A stretch of DNA of 64,000 bases, from NCBI GenBank assembly GCA_035524335.1, contig DATKPE010000033.1, positions 36,157-100,156 of the forward strand. Reading direction: 5' to 3'. Below the pieces are notes generated by a model. The model did not search any database. It had not been told where the DNA came from and saw only the letters and a program-made list of their open reading frames with translations. A program made the position numbers and the translations under genes. This document shows positions 39,724-49,375 of this stretch, one piece after another (position 1 is the first letter of the stretch; each line of letters opens with the position of its first letter). Source of the DNA: Bacteroidota bacterium (GTDB lineage Bacteria > Bacteroidota > Ignavibacteria > UBA10030 > SZUA-254).

Positions 39724-39732
39724 CCCCGGCCG

Positions 39733-41814
39733 TCAGGGAACCGGTACGACCAGATCCGGATCGGTCTCCTCCCACGTGCCGGAGAGGATCTCCTCCCGCC
39801 CCCGCAGAACCGTCCACGACGCCTCATACGGAAGAAGCTCCGGATTCGACCGAGCGCCGGCAGGCGCGATCCAGACGATCATTCCGTCCGCCAGATACGG
39901 ATTTTCGATCGCCTGAACGAGCGTGAGCGAGCTGTCGGCGACCGTTTCCCCGCCGGCAGTCACCGAATCGCCGGAGACCCGGAACGGAAATTTATCCAAC
40001 AGCCGTCCGACCGCCGAGTTTTCATCCGCCCGCCCGTAGAGGAGAACATCGTCCCGCTGAAGATCCGCGAGGGTGGCCTGCCGGTCGCTGACGACCGTTA
40101 CGGACCATCCGCTCCTGTCCATTTCCGAGGAATCGCGACGTGCAAGCCCGGCCAGATGGCCCGACGGGTCAGTGGAACCGACGATCATCGTGCAGGACCC
40201 CGGATCGGACAGATCGCTGATTTTCACCGGCATTTTCTGATACTTCAGGAGCACGCCGGAAGGATCGGCAATGACCCGGCGCGGTCTGCGCGGGGTAACG
40301 AGGGAAAACGGAACATCATTCCGGTAGACGCCGGTTGAATCCTCTCCGAGCCAGACGGTGCACCTGCCGGTTCCGGCCGCCGAATCGCACCCGATTTCGA
40401 CCGGTGAGGTGAATTTTTCATAACCGACAATTCTGACCCTTCCGCGCGTCGTCCATCCCCCGCCCGAGGCCGCCGTCCTGACATTATAGAGTCTGAACCG
40501 CGGAATTCCGCCGCCGCCGGTCCACTGATCAAAAAACCACCTGAGCTTTTTCCCCGAAATCTCCTCCGCGAGCCGTTCAAAATCATCCTGGCTCGTCTCC
40601 TTCAGGCGGAATCTGACTGCCCATTCATGATAGAGCCGGAAGAAGGCGCTGTCGCCGATGATTTTCCGGAGCATGGAATGGACGAAACTCGATTTCAGAT
40701 AATGCGTCGGCAGGGCCCGGAGATCGATTTTCCGCCGGAGCGGAAGATCCTGATGGCGGGCGATACGGCGGAGAAGCGATCGGAGGAGGGGGTGATGCTG
40801 AAGCGAATCGCGGACCGAGAGGGTTCCCTGTAGCTCACCGTACAGGAGAGCCGAATACTCGCACATTCCCTCGCTGAGAAGCGCGGCGTCGGTATCATCG
40901 ATGAACACCGTCATCGGCCACCATTGATGGGCGATTTCGTGCGGGAGGACCGCCTCGACCCGGTCGAAACGGGAAGCGGCATGCAGTGCCCGGTGTTTGA
41001 CGAGAATCATGCCGGGTACCGCGATCGCGAGCACGCCGCGCCCGGCGATCCAGTCTTCCACCTCGACAATGGTAAGACGGGGAAACCGGTAGGGGGTAAA
41101 CATTGACCCGTAGACGCGGAGGATATCACGGGCACGTTCTGCGATGCCCTTTCCGCGGGCGGAATCGTCCGGCATGAGCGCCACCGTGACGCCGGAATCG
41201 GCATATTCACTGCGGCGGCCTGCACAGATCCAGCCGAGAACCGGCGCCACAGAATCCAGACGGTATGTCGTGACGAGAGAATCCGCCGTACTACGCCGGG
41301 CCGCCGGTTCACCCGGGGCATAGACCTGCCATCCGGCGGGAACTTCGACCGAGGTGACCGTTTCTCCGATCGTCCGGGATCCCCCGGGAAGGATTTCCTC
41401 GCTCCGGAGCGCGGCTTCTTCGGAGCCGATGCGCGAAAATTCAGAATGGGGGTCGATGGTCCCCGAATAGGAGATGGCGGCCGTCAGCACGGTTTCCGCC
41501 GGACAGCGAAGGAGGACAAGATGTTCTCCCCGCCGGCTGAAGGGCACCGGACGACCGTTGATCTGAACCGCCGCCACCTCATAGCGGGGGAGGAGGAACA
41601 GATCGATCGAATCGGCCCCGGGCTGAGGTCGTCTGAGAAGAAGCGTATCTTCCGCCGTAAATCCGGCCTGGCCCGGGAAGATCCGGAGGAAGCAGTGCTG
41701 GCGGATGAATTCAACCGCCTCTCCGGAACCGGCGCGTGCCGGGAGAGCGGCGGCGAGAAGCACGGCCAGTATCGCTGTGCGGCGGAGTATCAGATGTCGG
41801 ATCGCAGAACGCAC
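39733..41814 (-). CDS. M1-family (gluzincin) metallopeptidase, secreted
   Basis: Signal peptide. HEIAHQWW...LSEGMCEY gives HExxH-X18-E. Confidence 0.75.
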   Translation of the reverse strand: MRSAIRHLILRRTAILAVLLAAALPARAGSGEAVEFIRQHCFLRIFPGQAGFTAEDTLLLRRPQPGADSIDLFLLPRYEVAAVQINGRPVPFSRRGEHLVLLRCPAETVLTAAISYSGTIDPHSEFSRIGSEEAALRSEEILPGGSRTIGETVTSVEVPAGWQVYAPGEPAARRSTADSLVTTYRLDSVAPVLGWICAGRRSEYADSGVTVALMPDDSARGKGIAERARDILRVYGSMFTPYRFPRLTIVEVEDWIAGRGVLAIAVPGMILVKHRALHAASRFDRVEAVLPHEIAHQWWPMTVFIDDTDAALLSEGMCEYSALLYGELQGTLSVRDSLQHHPLLRSLLRRIARHQDLPLRRKIDLRALPTHYLKSSFVHSMLRKIIGDSAFFRLYHEWAVRFRLKETSQDDFERLAEEISGKKLRWFFDQWTGGGGIPRFRLYNVRTAASGGGWTTRGRVRIVGYEKFTSPVEIGCDSAAGTGRCTVWLGEDSTGVYRNDVPFSLVTPRRPRRVIADPSGVLLKYQKMPVKISDLSDPGSCTMIVGSTDPSGHLAGLARRDSSEMDRSGWSVTVVSDRQATLADLQRDDVLLYGRADENSAVGRLLDKFPFRVSGDSVTAGGETVADSSLTLVQAIENPYLADGMIVWIAPAGARSNPELLPYEASWTVLRGREEILSGTWEETDPDLVVPVP

Positions 41815-41824
41815 ACGATGATGG

Positions 41825-42367
41825 TCAGACCGAAGCCGCGGGCGGCGGCGGGGGCATCGGGGTCAGACCCTTCGGTTTGTAGACGCTGTAACCGATGAGA
41901 CCGCCCAGGAGACCGAAACCGCCGAACAGCACGACGGAAAAGACCAGGTTTTTCACGAACTTGACGACCGTGAGCTCCTCGGCGAGCGATTCCTCGATCT
42001 TCCGGAGAGCCTCTTCGGGGATCTTGATGCTGGAATTCCGCAGGAAGTCGATGACGAATTTCCCCGCGACGTCGCCGAGCATGGCGGTAATCACTGCGCT
42101 GACGGTCGCGGCGATAACGGCTCCTATCACCCCGGCCAGAAAACCGGCCAGGAGACAATCGGATGAGGTGAAGCCCGGATCGCCGGGGGGAAAATTGTCG
42201 TGATAGAATTTTGCTGTCAGAAATCCGCCAAACAGAATACCGGCACAGCAGAAGCAGTTGACGAAGCTGACGAAGGGAATCGACGAAATTGCGCCGATCA
42301 CGATGCCGCCGTACAGCACCGGCATCTTCATATCGGGTTTTTCATTCATGGGTGCTCCTTGGTTCAT
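41825..42367 (-). CDS. hypothetical small membrane protein
   Basis: Three or four hydrophobic helices (VLYGGIVIGAISSIPFVSFVNCFCCAGILFGGFL...). Start uncertain, with alternative Met codons at 42349 and 42331. Confidence 0.45.
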   Translation of the reverse strand: MNQGAPMNEKPDMKMPVLYGGIVIGAISSIPFVSFVNCFCCAGILFGGFLTAKFYHDNFPPGDPGFTSSDCLLAGFLAGVIGAVIAATVSAVITAMLGDVAGKFVIDFLRNSSIKIPEEALRKIEESLAEELTVVKFVKNLVFSVVLFGGFGLLGGLIGYSVYKPKGLTPMPPPPPAASV

Positions 42368-42830
42368 GGATACGCGGTGTGAAGAGGCCTGCGATCGCGT
42401 TCATCGCATCGGGAAGAAGGACAAAGCCGGCCGTGAGGCCGAAGAGCGCTCCGGTGAACGTTCTGGTCAGCACGCCGGCCTCGTGGAGACCGGTCAGGTC
42501 GGCGGCAACGTCGATGAGCATCGGGGAGACGCCGATGAGCCAGAACGGCAGTGTGCTCCGAGGGCGGACCGGGGGCACGAAGGGAGCGGCGATCAATGCC
42601 GCGAAAAAACCGGCATAGACGGCCGTACAGCGGATGCAGACCGCGAAGGGGTGTCCGGTGAGAAAAAACGACCTTGCGGCGTCCTGGTGGCAGACCGGAC
42701 GGAAGAAGCGGTAGATGTCGGCCGCCGCCGGCACTCCCCATGCCGCCAGGACCGGAGCCGCGATGATCAGTGCGCACCAGAGGGCGGCGGCGAAAAGGAG
42801 ACCTGCATATATCAGTGGACGGGATTGCAT
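42342..42830 (-). CDS. DUF2085-like membrane protein
   Basis: TM helices plus CHQ...C-x-R-C motif (RPVCHQDAARSFFLTGHPFAVCIRCTAVYAGFF). Start set at internal MQSRPLIY (42830). Confidence 0.5.
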   Translation of the reverse strand: MQSRPLIYAGLLFAAALWCALIIAAPVLAAWGVPAAADIYRFFRPVCHQDAARSFFLTGHPFAVCIRCTAVYAGFFAALIAAPFVPPVRPRSTLPFWLIGVSPMLIDVAADLTGLHEAGVLTRTFTGALFGLTAGFVLLPDAMNAIAGLFTPRIHEPRSTHE

Positions 42831-42994
42831 CGGGGTAAAGTAGCAGAAAATGGTTATATAATCAAGGACGGAATTGAAAAAGAAGGAGGAATCAGGTATA
42901 TTCAAATCGTTTCCGGAGACCGCAGGGGCGGGAAGCGGATTTCCCTCCCTGCCCCGTCGCCGATTCTCACAGTTCGTCACCCAGGAATGCGTTC

Positions 42995-43891
42995 ATGAAA
43001 ACACTCGGCATCGCAAAAAACTATCTCGGTATAGAAGATGAATATTCCGGCTACGCCGGCTCGCGGGTGGTCGTCCTTCCGGTCCCCTATGAGCAGACCG
43101 TCAGCTACGGCGGCGGCGCCAGGCGGGGTCCGGGCGCCATCCTCGACGCATCCCACTACGTCGAATTCTACGATGAGGAAACGGGCCGGGAGGTCTACCG
43201 CCAGCTCGGCATCGCCACGCTCGCCCCGATGACGTTTCCGGCGAAACAGCAGGAGAGCTCGCTGGAAAAAATCTACCGCACCGTCAGCGATCTCCTGCAC
43301 GATAAAAAATTTGTCGTTGCCCTCGGGGGGGAACATACCATCTCGCAGGCCACGGTTGCCGCCTGCGCCGAACGGTTCAGAAATCTCTCGGTCCTCCAGA
43401 TCGACGCGCATTCCGATCTGAGGGCGGAATATCAGGGGAACAAATTCAGCCACGCGTCGGTGATGGCCCGTATCGCGGAGTTCATCGATCCCCGCCGAAT
43501 CGTTCAGGTCGGGATCCGGGCCCAGTGTATCGAGGAAGCGGACTATATCCGGCGGAGCGGCATTCACACCTTCTACGCCCATGAGATCAGAGGGGGAACC
43601 TACTCGAAAATCGTGAAGGACTGGGACGACCTGGCGGTCGAAAAACTGACCGATCATGTCTATGTCACGTTTGACGTCGACGGCCTCGATCCGTCGATCA
43701 TGCCCTCCACCGGAACGCCCGAACCGAACGGCCTCTTCTGGCATGAGACGATGAAACTCCTCCGCAAGGTCGGCAAACGGAGGCATGTCGTCGGCTGTGA
43801 TATCGTCGAGCTCGCCCCGATCCCGCGCCTGCATCACGCCGATCTCGCCGCGGCGAAGATCGTCTCGAAAATGATCAACTATTTCTGCTGA
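42995..43891 (+). CDS. speB: agmatinase / arginase-family ureohydrolase
   Basis: GGEHTIS, DAHSDL, and FDVDGLDPS metal-binding motifs. Confidence 0.8.
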   Translation: MKTLGIAKNYLGIEDEYSGYAGSRVVVLPVPYEQTVSYGGGARRGPGAILDASHYVEFYDEETGREVYRQLGIATLAPMTFPAKQQESSLEKIYRTVSDLLHDKKFVVALGGEHTISQATVAACAERFRNLSVLQIDAHSDLRAEYQGNKFSHASVMARIAEFIDPRRIVQVGIRAQCIEEADYIRRSGIHTFYAHEIRGGTYSKIVKDWDDLAVEKLTDHVYVTFDVDGLDPSIMPSTGTPEPNGLFWHETMKLLRKVGKRRHVVGCDIVELAPIPRLHHADLAAAKIVSKMINYFC

Positions 43892-43918
43892 GACCGTTCC
43901 CCAACCTCACCTCCGACC

Positions 43919-45904
43919 ATGGCAACAACCGCCCCGACAGCCCTCACGCTTGAACGCGTGGGACCGGCCCGGGTGGTCCGTCTGACCGCCGACGGATTCG
44001 ACCGGCTCACTCCGAAGGAAAAAATATTCTGCTATTACCTCTCGCAGGCGGCGATCGCCGGCCGGGATATCGCCGTCGACCAGCACCACCCCGACGCCCT
44101 CGAACTGAGGGACCTTCTGGAGGAACTCTTCACCCATCCCGCCGGGATCGATCCGGACGTTTTCCGGGCGGTCGGGAACTACCTCAGGCTCTTCTGGATC
44201 AACAACGGCTTTTACGACACTCTGACGTCGGCAAAATTCCTGCTGGAGTGCACCTTCGGGGATTTACAGAAGGCATGCCGCGCGGCTGTGTCAGGCGGCG
44301 CACGCTTCAACCCTTCGAATGACCATCTGGATCAGACCCTCGAACGGTTCCGTCACCACCTGTTCGATCCGGAATTCGACCGGCAGATGACGAATAAATC
44401 GCCGGGAGAGGACTGGATCAGGGGAAGCGGAGTGAATTTCTACGGCCGGGGGATCACGGCGGACGAGGTCTCCGCGTGGGCTGACCGGGGCGGCGAACAG
44501 CATCCGCTCAACGCCTCGGTTCTCCGGAAGAACGGACGTCTGTACGAGGAAGTGTGGCGTGCAGGCTCCGCCGATGTGCCGCCGGGGCGGTATGCGAGGG
44601 AACTTTCCGCCGTCATCGGCTGTCTCGAACAAGCTCTCCCCTATGCGGCATCTGAACGGCAGGCGCAATCGATCCGCCTCCTCATCCGCTTCTTCCAGAC
44701 CGGCGATCAGGACGATTTCCGGAAATACAACATCCATTGGATCACGGACGATTCCCCGGTCGATTTCATCTTCGGATTCATCGAGGTTTACATCGACCCC
44801 CGGAGCAGAAAGGGCGAATGGGAATCGTCGGTGCTGTACACCGATCCCGGACAGACGGCCCTGATGCAGGGCATCGCATCGAGGGCACAGTATTTTGAAG
44901 ACCGGGCTCCATGGGCGGAAGAGTACAGAAAACATGCGCACACCATTCCGCTCGCCCGCGCGGTGGACGCGCTGTTCCAGACCGGCGGCACCGGGCCCAT
45001 CTCGCCGATCGGCATCAATCTTCCCAACGAACAGTCGATCCGGCAGGCGTTTGGGAGCAAGAGCGTGCTTCTGAGGAACGTGGCAGACATCACCACGCTT
45101 GCGAACGGTCGGGCGATCCTGAACGAATTTGCCTTCGATCGCGAGGAGATCGGGGAGGATGACCGGTACGGAATACGCGCCGGTCATCTTCACACCGCAC
45201 TTCATGAAATTGCCGGGCACGGATCGGGAAAAGTGAGTGCGCGTCTGGAGGAAAAGGACCCGTCCCATATTTTCCCGGGACTGTACAGCACGCTCGAAGA
45301 GACCCGGGCCGATCTCGTCGCGCTCTGGCATGCCTGGGATCCGGAACTCATCGCGATCGGTGTCGCCAAAGACCGGGAAGAGCTGGAGGGCATCGCGAAA
45401 ACGATGTACCGGCAGGCGATCCTGGCCGCGCTCACCCAGCTCCGCCGCATAGGGAAAAGCGAACGGCTCGAGGAGGATCACATGAGGAACCGCCAGCTCA
45501 TCGCGCACTACATCATGGCAAATTCCCGTGCGGTGGAAACTGTGCGGCGGAACGTAAAAACGTACTATCACATTGTCGACTTCGCAGAGGCGCGGAAGTG
45601 TGCCGGCAGGCTTCTTGCGGAGGTCATGCGGATCAAGGCGGAGGGCGATCTGGACGCATGCAGAACGCTGACAGAACAGTACGGCACGTCCGTCGACCTT
45701 CGGCTGAGGGACGAGGTACAGATACGGGCGGAGGGACTCGACGTGGCTTCCTATTGTGCCTTCGTCCAGCCGGAGCTCCGGCCGGTGCGCGACGCGGCCG
45801 GATCGATCACCGGCGTCGAGCTCGGATACCCGGAGAGCCTCGCCGAGCAGATGCTGGGGTTTTCCCGTTTCACAAGTGCGTTGAGGAAACACGCGGGCGG
45901 GTGA
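43919..45904 (+). CDS. dipeptidyl-peptidase III (peptidase family M49)
   Basis: M49 zinc motifs HEIAGHGSGK (HExxGH) and LEETRADLVALW (EExRAE-type). Confidence 0.75.
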   Translation: MATTAPTALTLERVGPARVVRLTADGFDRLTPKEKIFCYYLSQAAIAGRDIAVDQHHPDALELRDLLEELFTHPAGIDPDVFRAVGNYLRLFWINNGFYDTLTSAKFLLECTFGDLQKACRAAVSGGARFNPSNDHLDQTLERFRHHLFDPEFDRQMTNKSPGEDWIRGSGVNFYGRGITADEVSAWADRGGEQHPLNASVLRKNGRLYEEVWRAGSADVPPGRYARELSAVIGCLEQALPYAASERQAQSIRLLIRFFQTGDQDDFRKYNIHWITDDSPVDFIFGFIEVYIDPRSRKGEWESSVLYTDPGQTALMQGIASRAQYFEDRAPWAEEYRKHAHTIPLARAVDALFQTGGTGPISPIGINLPNEQSIRQAFGSKSVLLRNVADITTLANGRAILNEFAFDREEIGEDDRYGIRAGHLHTALHEIAGHGSGKVSARLEEKDPSHIFPGLYSTLEETRADLVALWHAWDPELIAIGVAKDREELEGIAKTMYRQAILAALTQLRRIGKSERLEEDHMRNRQLIAHYIMANSRAVETVRRNVKTYYHIVDFAEARKCAGRLLAEVMRIKAEGDLDACRTLTEQYGTSVDLRLRDEVQIRAEGLDVASYCAFVQPELRPVRDAAGSITGVELGYPESLAEQMLGFSRFTSALRKHAGG

Positions 45905-46008
45905 GGATCCCGGGAGAGAGGGGACGGCAGGTTGCACAATCGCTCCGTTTTATGTACATTTAAACTGCAAGCAACCATTCTTCACTTTCTCACGAGTATA
46001 AAAGAACT

Positions 46009-47166
46009 ATGCGTATCGGCATCCTGACCGGGGGCGGTGATGTCCCCGGCCTCAATCCATGCATAAAAGCCGCAGTCACCAGGGCATCGGAAGACGGGCA
46101 TGAAATTATCGGCGTGCGGCGGGGCTGGGGCGGCCTGCTGAGGTACAATCCCGACGATCCCTCGTCGCAGACAGAGCACATCATTCCGCTGAACCGGGTG
46201 AACACCCGGACGATTGACCGGACGGGCGGGACCTATCTGCACACCTCGCGGACGAATCCCGGCAAGGTGAAACCGAAGGAGCTTCCGGATTTTCTGAAGG
46301 AGGCGTTCCCCCCGCAGGGAAAGGATCAGCCGATCGATTGCACGAAGCACGTTCTGCGGGTGCTCGAACAGCTGAAGATCGACGCCCTGATCGCGATCGG
46401 GGGCGATGACACGCTGAGCTATGCCGTACGGCTTCACAAGGAGAATTTTCCGATGGTCTGCATTCCGAAGACCATGGACAACGATGTCTACGGCACGGAT
46501 TACTGCATCGGGTTTTCGACGGCGGTCACGCGGAGCGTGGAATTCATTCATGCCCTGCGGACGCCGACGGGGTCGCACGAGCGGATCTGCGTCGTCGAGC
46601 TGTTCGGCCGCTACTCCGGTGAGACGTCGCTGATATCGGCCTATCTGGCGGGGGTCGACCGCGCGGTGATATCGGAAATCGATTTCGACGTCCAGCGTCT
46701 CGTCGATTTTCTCGTCGAGGACCGGAACCACAATCCGAGCAACTATTCGATCATGACCATTTCGGAAGGGGCAAAGCCGATCGGCGGGGAAATGATGATG
46801 ATGGGCGAAGCGGACGCCTACGGTCACAAGAAACTGCGCGGCATCGGCGATTTCATCAGTCAGGAAATCGAAAAACGCTCGGGGACGAAAACCATTTTCC
46901 AGCCTCTCGCCTATCTCATGCGGAGCGGCGCTCCGGACGCGCTTGATCTGATGGTTTCGACGAGCTACGGATATCTGGCGACGGATCTGCTGGTGAAAAA
47001 ACAGACCGGCCGGATGGTCGCCCTGCGGGACGGAAAGTACACGACCGTCTCGGCCAATATCATCACCGAGGGGAAAAAACGCGTCGATGTCGACGAACTG
47101 TACGATAAGGAACGCTACCGTCCGAAAGTGGCTCACCTCCTCGGCAAACCGATGTTTCTCTACTGA
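46009..47166 (+). CDS. pfk: 6-phosphofructokinase, probably pyrophosphate-dependent
   Basis: [18 protein letters not shown] in place of ATP-type GGDGS, and PKTMDND in place of PGTIDND, the Asp/Lys pair associated with PPi-dependent PFKs. Confidence 0.85.
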   Translation: MRIGILTGGGDVPGLNPCIKAAVTRASEDGHEIIGVRRGWGGLLRYNPDDPSSQTEHIIPLNRVNTRTIDRTGGTYLHTSRTNPGKVKPKELPDFLKEAFPPQGKDQPIDCTKHVLRVLEQLKIDALIAIGGDDTLSYAVRLHKENFPMVCIPKTMDNDVYGTDYCIGFSTAVTRSVEFIHALRTPTGSHERICVVELFGRYSGETSLISAYLAGVDRAVISEIDFDVQRLVDFLVEDRNHNPSNYSIMTISEGAKPIGGEMMMMGEADAYGHKKLRGIGDFISQEIEKRSGTKTIFQPLAYLMRSGAPDALDLMVSTSYGYLATDLLVKKQTGRMVALRDGKYTTVSANIITEGKKRVDVDELYDKERYRPKVAHLLGKPMFLY

Positions 47167-47184
47167 GCTCCTGCGAACCGCCAG

Positions 47185-47526
47185 ATGCGCGAATACCTGC
47201 ACGGAAAAATCCACAGAGCCCGGGTGACCGAGGCCAGTCCGGATTACATCGGCTCGATCACCATCGACGAAGACCTTCTGGAAAAAGCCGACCTCCGGGA
47301 ACACCAGAAGGTTCTCGTCGCCAGTCTCAATTCGGGAAACCGGGTTGAGACCTACATCATCCGCGGTGTCCGCGGCTCGGGTCAGATCTGCATGAACGGC
47401 CCGGCCGCGCACCTGATCAATGTCGGCGATATCGTCGTCATCATGGGGTTCGAAATCACGGAAGAACCTCCGCCGCCCAACATCGTTCTCGTCGACGACG
47501 ACAACAGATTCGTCCGCTATCTGTAA
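47185..47526 (+). CDS. panD: aspartate 1-decarboxylase proenzyme
   Basis: 113 aa: MREYLHGKIHRARVTEA...YIGSITID (Gly-Ser self-cleavage site). Confidence 0.85.
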   Translation: MREYLHGKIHRARVTEASPDYIGSITIDEDLLEKADLREHQKVLVASLNSGNRVETYIIRGVRGSGQICMNGPAAHLINVGDIVVIMGFEITEEPPPPNIVLVDDDNRFVRYL

Positions 47527-47533
47527 CCCCCTG

Positions 47534-47580
47534 CCCTGCGGCCGCATCCGGACCGCAGGGCTTCCATCGCCGGTTCTTTT
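47534..47580 (+). terminator. possible weak intrinsic terminator after panD
   Basis: CCCTGCGG - 11-nt loop - CCGCAGGG, then a U-poor tail (CTTCCATCGCCGGTTCTTTTCC). Confidence 0.3.
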
Positions 47581-47711
47581 CCATGACGCCATGTTCCGCT
47601 CTCTCTCCGCGGCCGGCGTCTCTTAACCCGACGGCACCGGCCCTCCCGGATGACGATGCAACAATCCCGCCATCCCCCCGTACCGGTAATATAGCCATTC
47701 ACCCGGGAAGC

Positions 47712-49223
47712 ATGATGAAAGTTTCCGCTCTCCTGCTCCGCTTCGCCGCGATTGCAGGTCTTCTCTACGTTGCGCTGTTCGTCTATGTGGCGATTTCACG
47801 CATATCGTATCCTTACGAACTTGAATGGATGGAGGGGGGCATGCTCGACCAGATCGGACGGGTGCTCACCGGATTGCCGCTGTATACACATCCCTCGGTC
47901 AGCTATGTCCCCTTCATCTATCCCCCTCTCTATACATATCTGTCCGCCGGATGCTCCCTGCTCATCGGAGCGGGGTTTCTGCCGCTTCGTCTGATCTCCC
48001 TCTGCGCCACCCTTGGCTGTTTCGTCGTTCTGTATATGTTCGCACGCAGGGAGACCGGCTCGGCCGCCGCCGGTGCGATCGCGGCGGGCCTTTTTGCTGC
48101 CATGTTCGAGATCTGCGGCTCATGGTTCGACATCGCCAGGATAGATTCTCTGTTTCTCCTTTTCATCCTTCTTGGTGCGTACCTGCTCCGGTTCAGGACG
48201 GGCGCCCGCGGCATCATCATCTCGGGTCTCATGTACGTTCTGGCCCTCTTCACCAAACAGTCGGCCAATGTGACGATCATCGCCTTCACCATTTTTCTTC
48301 TCCTCACCGTCCGGGACAAATCGCGCTGGTACTTCCCTGCCGTCGTCATTCTGGCGGGCGGAGGGGCTGTTGTCCTCCTCCAGTGGCTGAACAGCGGATG
48401 GTACTTTTATTACGTGTTTCTTCTCCCGCTGAAACACGCTTCGAATTATGCGATGATCGAGTATTTTTTCCTGCGCGACATCGGGTTGCGGCTCCTGCCG
48501 GGATGCGCGGTCGCCCTCGCAGGCCTCGCCGCGATGTACCGGCACAGGACGAAACCCGTCCCGTTGTTCTACGTTTTTCTGACGGCCGGGATGGCAGTGA
48601 CTGCGCTTGTTTCCAGAATCCACCGCGGGGGATATGTCAATGTTCTTATGCCCGTCTGCGCGGTGATCGCGCTGATGGCCGGCATCGCATGCGGCACATT
48701 CGCCGTCCGGCGGAAGCACCGGGGTGAGGAACCGGAATCGGATCCTGCGCCCCCCTCCCGGCTCGCCGGCGTACTCGCGTTTGCGATTCCCGCCTTCTGC
48801 ATTTTCCAATTTTCCCTGCTCTGGTATTCGCCCGTGAAGCAGATCCCGAGTCCGGCGGACCGGCGCGGGGGCGACGCCCTCGTCCGCACGGTCGCCGCAA
48901 TTCCGGGCGAAGTCTATCTTCCCTTCCACGGCCACCTCGGACCTCTTGCAGGGAAATCCACCTTCGCACACGCTATGGCCATTGACGACATCCTGTACAG
49001 CAGTGACGACCGGATGAGGAACGCGCTCATGAGCGACATTTCGGCCGCGATCGTCGCCAGGAAATTTTCGGCCATAATTTCGGATCAACCTTTTTTTTCA
49101 ACCCCTATCTCCGAAAATTACCGGTATGCAGGGAGGATCTTTGACACCGCGGACGTTTTCTGGCCGGTCGTCGGGTATAAAGTCAGACCCACCGCGATCT
49201 TTCTCGCCCGAAAAGGGGATTGA
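47712..49223 (+). CDS. polytopic membrane glycosyltransferase-like protein (ArnT/PMT GT39/GT83-like fold)
   Basis: About 11 TM helices and an N-terminal loop with conserved acidic residues. Start set at MMKVSALLL (47712); the track ORF begins at 47583 in P/A-rich sequence. Confidence 0.5.
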   Translation: MMKVSALLLRFAAIAGLLYVALFVYVAISRISYPYELEWMEGGMLDQIGRVLTGLPLYTHPSVSYVPFIYPPLYTYLSAGCSLLIGAGFLPLRLISLCATLGCFVVLYMFARRETGSAAAGAIAAGLFAAMFEICGSWFDIARIDSLFLLFILLGAYLLRFRTGARGIIISGLMYVLALFTKQSANVTIIAFTIFLLLTVRDKSRWYFPAVVILAGGGAVVLLQWLNSGWYFYYVFLLPLKHASNYAMIEYFFLRDIGLRLLPGCAVALAGLAAMYRHRTKPVPLFYVFLTAGMAVTALVSRIHRGGYVNVLMPVCAVIALMAGIACGTFAVRRKHRGEEPESDPAPPSRLAGVLAFAIPAFCIFQFSLLWYSPVKQIPSPADRRGGDALVRTVAAIPGEVYLPFHGHLGPLAGKSTFAHAMAIDDILYSSDDRMRNALMSDISAAIVARKFSAIISDQPFFSTPISENYRYAGRIFDTADVFWPVVGYKVRPTAIFLARKGD

Positions 49224-49375
49224 CTGGGCTTTTTCCGGCCGTCTTCCAGTCCGGGAAAGGAACCCTTTCCGGGTTGCCGGCGGAGCCTTCCGAATTGCTT
49301 TTTGGGCAATCTTTTCATTGATTCATTATATTTACTTCCGGCATGCCGCCGACCGCTGCCCCTTCGAACGGAGAT

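Noticed and set aside
42258-42998. 246-aa plus-strand ORF overlapping the two small membrane-protein genes
   Set aside because: It is R/G/E-rich with no hydrophobic or catalytic motifs. The minus-strand frames encode coherent TM proteins.
44291-47592. Two long minus-strand ORFs (44291..45937 and 45982..47592) opposite the M49 peptidase, pfk and panD
   Set aside because: They are antisense to motif-bearing genes and have R/P/G-rich translations.
49251-49274. Hairpin CCGGGAAAGG-AAC-CCTTTCCGGG after the membrane glycosyltransferase gene as a terminator
   Set aside because: The stem has one mismatch and no downstream U-tract. It may be a weak or Rho-dependent stop site, which is not enough to call it.
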